From Armatimonadia bacterium (GTDB lineage: Bacteria; Armatimonadota; Zipacnadia; Zipacnadales; UBA11051), in contig JBDKRC010000204.1 of the NCBI GenBank assembly GCA_039683575.1, forward strand, positions 1 to 36,510: 36,510 nucleotides of DNA, written 5' to 3'. The first letter of the stretch is position 1. Every line of letters starts with the position of its first letter. Position numbers and translations under genes: made by a program. This document shows, piece by piece, positions 26,127-33,554 of the stretch. A model generated the notes under the pieces. The model had not been told where the DNA came from, made no database searches, and saw only the letters and a list, made by a program, of their open reading frames with translations.

Positions 26127-26855
26127 TCAGTCCGTGTGGGTGTGGTTGTTCGTCTTGGTCTGGCCCATCAGCTCGTTCATCAGGTCCATCTGGATCTGCT
26201 GGATCTCGGCCAGGCGTTCCCACTGGTGAGTCATGATATGGTCAAGCTTCTCGTGTAGCTGCTTGATTTCTAGCTCGGCCTTGAGGTTGATCTGGTAATC
26301 GTTCTCCGCCCGCAGGCGGTCACGGTCTTCCTGGCGGTTTTGGCTCATCATGATGACAGGCGCCTGCACAGCCGCGAGACACGACAGGATGAGGTTGAGC
26401 AGGATGAAGGGGAAAGGATCGAAATGCCGGACGAGGGCGATGACGTTGATGGCTATCCACACGGCCAGGAAGAAACCGAAACACAGGATGAAGGCCCAAC
26501 TGCCCGCAACGTCGGCCATGCGGTCGGCAAGACGCTGCCCAACGGTAGTGGTGCGGTCGTACGCGGCGTAGATGTCGGTGGACATCATGCGCTGCGAGGC
26601 GAGGCTGTTGATGACCTCGCGGTCAAGGTCGGTCAGCTCGCCGCGCTCCGCCTCGAGGGCATCCTGCACGTAGAGAGTGCGGAACTTCTCCACGTCCTCG
26701 CGACACACTGGCTGATCGGTGTTCCAGTCTGGATTGCGCCGGCGGATCGCCTCAGCGATCGAACTGCGTATGTCGCGCCCGCTGATCAACTCCTCGCGCG
26801 GCTTCTCCTTCTGACACACCGGGCAACGAACAAGCGAGCTATCAGTCTGGGTCAT
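26127..26855 (-). CDS. DUF1003 domain membrane protein
   Basis: GQRLAD..AGSWAFI, FDPFPFILLNLILSCLAAVQAPVIMMSQNRQ, NLKAELEI; ATG 26855 with GAGG. Confidence 0.95.
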   Translation of the reverse strand: MTQTDSSLVRCPVCQKEKPREELISGRDIRSSIAEAIRRRNPDWNTDQPVCREDVEKFRTLYVQDALEAERGELTDLDREVINSLASQRMMSTDIYAAYDRTTTVGQRLADRMADVAGSWAFILCFGFFLAVWIAINVIALVRHFDPFPFILLNLILSCLAAVQAPVIMMSQNRQEDRDRLRAENDYQINLKAELEIKQLHEKLDHIMTHQWERLAEIQQIQMDLMNELMGQTKTNNHTHTD

Positions 26856-26959
26856 GTATGCCACCTCACAAAGTTGCGACAGCCCTAGGTTCGCCATCGG
26901 CGACAGGATATCATTGCCCGAGGGAGGAACTGATTGCCATTATTCGAGACAGGTGCACC

Positions 26960-28546
26960 ATGAGCCTATACGTGGGCCTCGATGTCGGTACAACGGCTGT
27001 GAAGGCGCTGGCCATTGACGAACAGGGACGGGTACGGGCGCAGGCCAGCCGGGAGTATGCCTATTATACGCCACAGGCGGGCTGGGCGGAGCAGGACGCG
27101 GAGGACTGGTGGCGGCTGACGTGTGAGTGCGTGCGGGAGGTGGTCTCCCACTGTGGGGCGGGGGCTGGTACCCCGCCGTCTCCCTCTGGCAACCCAGAGG
27201 CGATTGCCCAGGTAACGGCCGGCGGGGTACGAGCCCCCGCCCTACAGGCGGACATCGTCGCCCTCGCCATCTCCACCCAGGGCGATACCATGGTGCCCCT
27301 GGACGCCTCCGGCGCGCCGCTGTCGCCTGCCATCACCTGGATGGACACCCGTACGTTGGACCAGGTGGCTTCCATGCGCGAGGAGGAGGAGCTGTGGTTC
27401 GGGATCACCGGCACCACCCCGGCCCCCTTTGCCGCCGCGACCAGCCTGCTGTGGTGGCGGGAGCATCAGCCGCAGGTATTCGCCCAGGCGCAACGCTTTG
27501 CGCTGGTGGCCGATTTCATCGTTGGACGGCTGACGGGGCGATATGTGCTGGACGCGCCGAATGCCTCGCGCACGATGATCTACGACATTCAGCGGCGGGA
27601 TTGGTCCGAGGAACTCCTGCAGCGGGTGGGAGTGGGTCGGGAGCGTCTGGCTGAGACCGCGGAATCCGGGACGGTCGTGGGGACGCTGCTGCCGAAGGTG
27701 GCGGCTGAGCTTGGGCTATCTACAGAGACGCAGGTGGTGCTCGGTGGCCATGACCAGACCTGTGCGGCGGTGGGCTGCGGCGTGATCAAGCCCGGCAGCC
27801 TGCTGCTATCGTGTGGAACCGCGTGGGTGGTGCTCGCGGCGACTGAGAAGCCGCTCCACGACGATCAGCGCAGTCTGCAGGGATATTGCCATGCGGTGCC
27901 CGGTGGCTACGCAGCGCTGGGGGCGTTTGCGGGCGGGAACTTGCTGAAGTGGTTCCGGGACAACTTCTGGGAGGAGTGGCGCCTCAATCCTGGCCCGTCC
28001 GGTGACGAGGTCTATGAGGCTATCACGGCGGAGGCGGCTGAGGCGCTGGCCGCGGGGCGCCCCCCACTGATCTTCCTGTCACACTTCTACGGCACCTTCG
28101 GGCCGGTCTGCTGCGCGCAGGCGAGAGGGGCGTGGGCGGGCCTGACGCTGCAGCACACGCGCGGGGACATGGCGCTGGCGCTGCTGGAGGGCGTGGCCTT
28201 GCAGACGGCGTGGGCGGTGCAGAACCTCGCGCGGCAGGGAGCGTCAACGGACGATATCCGCATGATCGGCGGGGGCTCGCGGAGCCGCTTCTGGACGCAG
28301 CTCGTGGCCAATGCCCTGCAGACCCCGATCAACCTGCCCAGGGTGACCGAGGCCGCAGCCTACGGCGCGGCCCTGATCGCCGCCACGGCAGCCGGGGCGT
28401 TTCCTAGCCTTGAGCAAGCTTGCGGCATGGTCAGTATCGAAAGCCGCGTCGAGCCGATGCGCGAGGCCAACCCGCAGGCGCTCGAGCGGCGCAAGGCGTT
28501 GCTTGAAGCGCTGGTGCCGGTCTGGGAGGAGCTGCAGGGAATCTGA
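26960..28546 (+). CDS. FGGY family carbohydrate kinase (xylulokinase-like) with in-frame REPIN insertion
   Basis: GLDVGTTAVK, GWAEQD, ITWMDTR, GGHDQ, SCGTA, GGGSRS, EAAAYGAA. Confidence 0.94.
   Translation: MSLYVGLDVGTTAVKALAIDEQGRVRAQASREYAYYTPQAGWAEQDAEDWWRLTCECVREVVSHCGAGAGTPPSPSGNPEAIAQVTAGGVRAPALQADIVALAISTQGDTMVPLDASGAPLSPAITWMDTRTLDQVASMREEEELWFGITGTTPAPFAAATSLLWWREHQPQVFAQAQRFALVADFIVGRLTGRYVLDAPNASRTMIYDIQRRDWSEELLQRVGVGRERLAETAESGTVVGTLLPKVAAELGLSTETQVVLGGHDQTCAAVGCGVIKPGSLLLSCGTAWVVLAATEKPLHDDQRSLQGYCHAVPGGYAALGAFAGGNLLKWFRDNFWEEWRLNPGPSGDEVYEAITAEAAEALAAGRPPLIFLSHFYGTFGPVCCAQARGAWAGLTLQHTRGDMALALLEGVALQTAWAVQNLARQGASTDDIRMIGGGSRSRFWTQLVANALQTPINLPRVTEAAAYGAALIAATAAGAFPSLEQACGMVSIESRVEPMREANPQALERRKALLEALVPVWEELQGI
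27151..27247. repeat. Family A REPIN inside the kinase reading frame
   Basis: ctgtggggcgggggctggtaccccgccg...taacggccggcggggtacgagcccccgccctacag, encoding CGAGAGTPPSPSGNPEAIAQVTAGGVRAPALQ. Confidence 0.92.
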
Positions 28547-28566
28547 CGGAGTAAGGAGATCGACCT

Positions 28567-28950
28567 ATGAGCGAAGCAGATACCATGCAGGAATGCCTTG
28601 CCCAGCGTGTCGTGGCCGTAGTTGGCGTGTCCGAGAACCGCGAGAAGTATGGCTGGCAGGCGTACGCCAACCTCAAGTCACGTGGCTATGAAGTCCTGCC
28701 GGTGAACCCGAACTATGATGAAATTGACGGGGCGAAGTGCTATGCCTCGGTTCGTTACCTGCCGCCTGAGGTGGGGCTGATTGTGACGGTAGTGCCGCCC
28801 AGGTCAACGCGGCGGGTGGTGCATGAAGGATTGGCGGCGGGATTCCGGCGGTATTGGATGCAGCCGGGGTCGGAGGATGAGGAGGCAGTCCGCGAGATCG
28901 AGGCAGCGGGCGGGGTTGCCGTACTGGACTGCATCATGGTACGCGGCTAA
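28567..28950 (+). CDS. CoA-binding protein (YccU-like)
   Basis: VAVVGVSENREKYG, PVNP, WMQPG, DCIMV. Confidence 0.93.
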   Translation: MSEADTMQECLAQRVVAVVGVSENREKYGWQAYANLKSRGYEVLPVNPNYDEIDGAKCYASVRYLPPEVGLIVTVVPPRSTRRVVHEGLAAGFRRYWMQPGSEDEEAVREIEAAGGVAVLDCIMVRG

Positions 28951-30149
28951 CTGTACCCGCTCTGGACGCCGGGCTGCACCGGACTTAGCGCGCGGTCGTG
29001 GTATGTCAGCGCCGTCTGCCCGATCTGGATGACGTCGCCGTTGCGCAGGGCCTGGCGCTGGATTGGGCGGCCGTTGACCGCGGTGCCGGTCTGGGTGCCG
29101 AGGTCGCGAACCATGTAGGCGTTCCCCGTGATCTCGATGAGGCAGTGCTGCGGGGCGATATACGGGTCCTTCAGCAGCGCGATGTCGCACTTGGGCGAAC
29201 TGCCGACGCTGGTGACGCGGTTGTAGAGGATGAACTGCTTGCCGGTGAGCGGCCCGCCGGTGATGATGATCCAGGCCTGCTTGCGCAGTTCTTCGATAAG
29301 GCCAATCGCCGCGCCGCTCGCCGCGCCGATGGCGGTGAGGCCGATCAGGCGGCTGACGAGGCCGGTGTCGCCGCCGCCGAAGGCCATGACGGTGCCGACC
29401 AGATCAAACAGAACTCCCCCAACGAAGCCGCCAACGGCGCCCCCGACCATCCCGTTGAGAACCTTCTTCCACGACCGTCCCGCCGCCCCCTGGCTAAGCC
29501 CGATGAACATCCCGGCTATGCTCCAGCCCACCGTGCGGGCAAAGATCTGCATGATGCTGAGTTCGTCGCCGCGCCCGCCCAGCAGCGTGTAAGCCCCCTG
29601 CGCCAGAACCCCCGCCAGTGCGCCGCCGAACAGACCGATGCCGAAGCTGATGCCGCCGCCGATCAGGGCCTTGCGCGGGTTGAGTTCGCTTGCCCCTGGC
29701 ACTGCGCCAAGGCACAGGCCGATTATCGAGCCGGCGATGGCGGTAAAGATCATGGTGTGGAAGAAGGCGCCCGCGGAGGATCCGCCGTCGCCCATCATCG
29801 GTTCGTTGATGGCCCAGGCGAGCAAGCCGCCAATGGCGCCAGCGATGAACATGTGGAGCAGAAGCGAGCCGACCAGCGTCGGGACAAGGCCCTTCTTGCC
29901 CATCGGCGGGGCGAAGGCCCCGGGAGCGGCAGCGGCGGGGTACTGGCCGGGGCCAGGATAGGCCGCCGTCGGCGCGGGCTCGTCCGAAAGGTCGAGGAGG
30001 TCTTCGGTGTCGATCACGAGAGCGCCCGAGGAGGGCGTGAAGGCAGGCACCGGCTTGGCAGGCGGCAAGGCCTCGGCCTGGTCCTCTTCGAGGTCTTCAA
30101 GAGATATCTCTATCTCGTCATCGGGCGGGCGCGTCTGGTTGTCGTCCAT
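28947..30149 (-). CDS. Multi-pass membrane protein with C-terminal FHA domain
   Basis: Gly-rich TM helices; GPLTGKQF, VGSSPKCDI, IAPQH, DLGTQTGTAVNG, LRNGDVIQIG. Confidence 0.9.
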   Translation of the reverse strand: MDDNQTRPPDDEIEISLEDLEEDQAEALPPAKPVPAFTPSSGALVIDTEDLLDLSDEPAPTAAYPGPGQYPAAAAPGAFAPPMGKKGLVPTLVGSLLLHMFIAGAIGGLLAWAINEPMMGDGGSSAGAFFHTMIFTAIAGSIIGLCLGAVPGASELNPRKALIGGGISFGIGLFGGALAGVLAQGAYTLLGGRGDELSIMQIFARTVGWSIAGMFIGLSQGAAGRSWKKVLNGMVGGAVGGFVGGVLFDLVGTVMAFGGGDTGLVSRLIGLTAIGAASGAAIGLIEELRKQAWIIITGGPLTGKQFILYNRVTSVGSSPKCDIALLKDPYIAPQHCLIEITGNAYMVRDLGTQTGTAVNGRPIQRQALRNGDVIQIGQTALTYHDRALSPVQPGVQSGYS

Positions 30150-30332
30150 GGGTAGGCCTCTACGCGTTTCGGAAGCCGGTTGCCGGTTGGCAACATGCAG
30201 CGGGGCAAGCGTCTGGCTGCCACCGCCGGCACTCCCCTTGCTGAGCTAGTTCGGCGGGAGGGGTACGCGCACCTGCCGGGCCAGAGTGGGAGGGTGTGTT
30301 CAAAAAGGTATGTGATGCCCCCCAGAATGATC

Positions 30333-30401
30333 GTGGGAGGGCTCTCCAGAGCCCGATCCGTGCGGACTGGGAGCCTGTCGGGCTCTGGAGAGCCCTCCCA
30401 C
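30333..30401. repeat. REP doublet, family B (GTGG-type, perfect 24-bp arms)
   Basis: gtgggagggctctccagagcccga (30333-30356) and tcgggctctggagagccctcccac (30378-30401). Confidence 0.9.
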
Positions 30402-30573
30402 AAGCGTTTCCCTAACACAACCGGAGGTCCCTGGCGCGCCATCTCGACCCGCCCAAACCCGCTGTACCCCGCATTTCACCACTTGCTGGGAATATCTACC
30501 TTCAGCAGGAGAAACCGCCCTTCATCACGAACCCTTCGAATCCAGTCCGTAATCCCGAAGGAGGTGCAGTTTC

Positions 30574-30951
30574 ATGCCTACGGCGCGAGATGTGATGACG
30601 GTGGGAGTTGTCATGATTGACGGATCTGCTTCGGTGGCTGACGCGGTGAAGCTGATGAAGGAGAAGGGCGTGCGCGCGCTGATCGTGGACCGCCGCGACG
30701 ATAACGACGCGTACGGTATCGTCACGCAGCGCGATATCGCTTACCATGTGCTGGCCCAGGGCATTGACCCCGCTGAGGTCAAAGTCCACGAGATCCACAG
30801 CAAGCCGCTGGTGGTCGTCAACCCGGACCTGGACGTCAAGTACGTCGCGCGCCTGATGGCCAACATGGGCCTATCTCGCGCCCCTGTCATCTTCGACAAG
30901 CAGATTCAGGGCATCGTCTCGGTCAGTGACCTGATCAACAAGGGCATGTAG
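30574..30951 (+). CDS. CBS domain protein
   Basis: ARDVMT, YGIVTQRDI, GIVSVSDL; AAGGAGGTG RBS. Confidence 0.94.
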   Translation: MPTARDVMTVGVVMIDGSASVADAVKLMKEKGVRALIVDRRDDNDAYGIVTQRDIAYHVLAQGIDPAEVKVHEIHSKPLVVVNPDLDVKYVARLMANMGLSRAPVIFDKQIQGIVSVSDLINKGM

Positions 30952-31040
30952 ACCGGTAACTGCCAGCGGCCGGCACTCCGCGGAGGGCCGCCTCGAACCA
31001 GGTCGTTCCCCCAACGGGCGCAAGCCGGCGGGGCTCATCG

Positions 31041-31073
31041 GGGCCGCAGACGCTGTGGGAGCGTCTGCGGCCC
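31041..31073 (+). terminator. 14-bp hairpin, probable terminator
   Basis: gggccgcagacgct-gtggg-agcgtctgcggccc followed by tgtacttt. Confidence 0.6.
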
Positions 31074-31211
31074 TGTACTTTGCTCTACTCTTGCGTTTCG
31101 CTCCGAGCCAGCGCGGGAACCATATGGATAGGCCTCGGTTGCATGTGAACCGTGAATGCCCCCCGGCGCGTCGCCACCTAGGCGTGCGGCGGTTACAGGA
31201 GGCCTCTCACT

Positions 31212-31463
31212 ATGTCAATTATGGGCTGGATACTGCTTGGCGCCATTGCCGGCAGCCTTGCCTCTGTGCTCATGGGCGAGTCGCGCGGCTGCTTGACCAA
31301 CACTCTTATCGGCATCGTCGGTGCGCTGCTCGGCGGCTTTCTCTTCTCCACCATCGGCCATGAGGCCATCACCGGCTTCAATTTCTGGAGCTTCTTCGTG
31401 GCCTTCATCGGCTCGGTGATCCTGGTGATGTTCTTCCGCGCCATCCGCAGTCCGGTCGTGTGA
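31212..31463 (+). CDS. GlsB/YeaQ/YmgE family stress-response membrane protein
   Basis: WILLGAIAG.LA, IGIVGALLGG, AFIGSVIL; AGGAGG RBS. Confidence 0.93.
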   Translation: MSIMGWILLGAIAGSLASVLMGESRGCLTNTLIGIVGALLGGFLFSTIGHEAITGFNFWSFFVAFIGSVILVMFFRAIRSPVV

Positions 31464-31623
31464 CGGCAGAAACACTGTGACCTCAGCGAAAAGCGGCCTG
31501 GCAAGATATGCCGGGCCGCTTGAGTATGCCAATTCGGGTTGGGTGACCCGATGACGGTCATTCAGCCCCTCCCGCGATGCGTTCCATTCGCCCCCCGGGA
31601 AACGTCTCGCCCTCTCCCCACAT

Positions 31624-32553
31624 TCACTTCCTCAGCCGTCCAAGCTGTGCCATCGTCCCCTCCGCCAAACTCCCGTCCTGATACACGCCCACGTTGAACG
31701 TCACCCCGCCGCCGTGCTGCCGGCAGTCATCCAGATACTCCTGCAACTCCTCATCCGGAAACCGCGGCCCACAGATTTCGCCCGGCTGCTCGAAGTGCCC
31801 CCAGGGGCAGTCCAGCCAGATCAGCGAGTGCCACTGCATGCCATCCTGCAGCGGGCCCTCCGGCCGCACCGCGAGCGTGTTGGCCTCCCCCGCCAGATAG
31901 TCCTGTAGCGGCGTTAGCGCCTCGTGCCGGACGTCATTGACGCCCATGTTCATCGCCACCAGCGCCTCCGGGTTGCCGGCCCGCGCCGCCGCAAACCAGC
32001 GCGGCAGGTCAAACCGGCTGTTGTCCCAGCCGCTGGTGCGCTTGTGTCTCTCGCCGGTCATGTCATAGCAGCTATCGAACCACCAGCCGTCGACAGCCCG
32101 CCCCCAGCCTCGCGCATAGGTGCTCACAACCTCCCTCCACCGCTCCATGAACACGCTCTTGTCGCGGCGGTCCAGGTCCCACCCAAAGGCCTCGCGGAAG
32201 GCATCGGACTCGTGGTCAATCTCGGTCTGGAAGTACACGATCAGATGCCGTCCCCGCGCCTGCAGCGCCGCCGACAGATCGGCCACCAGGTCTCGCTCGG
32301 AGCAGTGCCCCGGAAAGTAACGCTCCAGCGCAGCATTAGGCGCGCAGAAGTAGTCCCCGCAGTGACCCACGGTAAAGATCAGCCACGCCGCGCCAGCCTC
32401 GCACAGGCCGTCCACAAACCGCTCCACGGGGAAGTCAGCGACCCGCCGGTTCCAGTCCGGCTGGCCCGGCGCCACCCGTGGCTGCGTGCGCCATGTCCAA
32501 TGCACCATGACCCCAAAGGGCCCCTCCTGCATCCAGGGAATAGCCGCCATCAT
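31624..32553 (-). CDS. Alpha-L-fucosidase (GH29)-like TIM-barrel protein
   Basis: FGVMVHW, RDLVADLSAALQARG, VDGWWFD (nucleophile-like Asp), GGGVTFNV. Confidence 0.75.
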   Translation of the reverse strand: MMAAIPWMQEGPFGVMVHWTWRTQPRVAPGQPDWNRRVADFPVERFVDGLCEAGAAWLIFTVGHCGDYFCAPNAALERYFPGHCSERDLVADLSAALQARGRHLIVYFQTEIDHESDAFREAFGWDLDRRDKSVFMERWREVVSTYARGWGRAVDGWWFDSCYDMTGERHKRTSGWDNSRFDLPRWFAAARAGNPEALVAMNMGVNDVRHEALTPLQDYLAGEANTLAVRPEGPLQDGMQWHSLIWLDCPWGHFEQPGEICGPRFPDEELQEYLDDCRQHGGGVTFNVGVYQDGSLAEGTMAQLGRLRK

Positions 32554-33554
32554 GAACTCCTCAGCAACAGAAGATCATATGCCTTACCGTCCACGCTCAC
32601 CCCGCCCCCAAACCGGTACTGCTCCACAAACCCCGCCTCGGAGAAAGCCGCCATCCGCTTCTCGTCGCATTCCGCCACACACGCATAGGCCGCGCCCTCG
32701 CCCGCCAGCCCCACGGTCTCACGCAGCAGCCGTGGTCCTTCGCTCAGATAATGCGGATGCAGCGCAAAATCAACCGTTACCGTCGTCTCTGCCGCAGCCC
32801 CCAGCCTGAGCGCAAACGCCCAGCCCACGATGCTCCCGTCCTCCGTCTGCAGCACGGTCACTATGCCGCGCCCATCCTCCACCATGTGCAGTGCGGCGAT
32901 GAAGGTCGGGACCTGGCTGGCCAGCCTCACGAAATGCCACCGCTTGCGCGCCGCAATCCATCCCGGCGAGAAGTCAAGTAATCTGTCTATGTCATGCCGG
33001 TCGCCGATATGCCCCAGCCGCACCGTCGTCGGCCGCCCCGGCGCGAAGGTCCTGCTCTCCAGTTCCTCAAACGTCTCACCCTTCATCAGCGCCATTGGCC
33101 CCGAATCCGCAGTCGGCGGGATGAACTCAAACCCGAACCGGCGGTAGATGCGGCCCGCCTTCGCCCCGGCGCTGCACAGCAGGGCCCTGCCCTCGGGGTC
33201 CGCATTGAAGTGGTCCACCAGCACCCGGCACAGCTCGCTGGCGATGCCTTCACCCCGCCACTCCGGGTCGGTGTACACATGTCCGAAGTTCCCCACGCCG
33301 GTTCCTCCGCGCGGCAGGCCATACCACACGTGGCCCACGAAGCGCCCATCTACTTCACCGACGAAGTAGCGGTCAACGGAGTGGTCTACATATTGCCCGC
33401 GCACCCGCTGCTGGATGGCGCGCAGGCTGTCGTCGTGCTTGTGGCGCAGAAACTCCAGCAGGCGCTCGCCGAAGGCCTCCCCCGGCGGCTCCATCAGGTA
33501 CATCGTCATCTCCCGGCCACTGCGCAAGGTAACGGTACCAAGCGTCGTAAGCAT
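32550..33554 (-). CDS. Tandem GNAT family N-acetyltransferase
   Basis: GHVYTDPEWRGEGIA, IYRRFGF; second degenerate GNAT ending FSEAGF. Confidence 0.88.
   Translation of the reverse strand: MLTTLGTVTLRSGREMTMYLMEPPGEAFGERLLEFLRHKHDDSLRAIQQRVRGQYVDHSVDRYFVGEVDGRFVGHVWYGLPRGGTGVGNFGHVYTDPEWRGEGIASELCRVLVDHFNADPEGRALLCSAGAKAGRIYRRFGFEFIPPTADSGPMALMKGETFEELESRTFAPGRPTTVRLGHIGDRHDIDRLLDFSPGWIAARKRWHFVRLASQVPTFIAALHMVEDGRGIVTVLQTEDGSIVGWAFALRLGAAAETTVTVDFALHPHYLSEGPRLLRETVGLAGEGAAYACVAECDEKRMAAFSEAGFVEQYRFGGGVSVDGKAYDLLLLRSS

Noticed and set aside
30952-31040. GC-rich stretch considered as SRP RNA or tRNA
   Set aside because: No SRP domain IV GGAA/GCAGC motif and no T-loop or cloverleaf.
31115-31145. 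ECF-type promoter GGAACC...CGGTT upstream of the GlsB/YmgE gene
   Set aside because: Plausible but too short and degenerate to support without TSS data.
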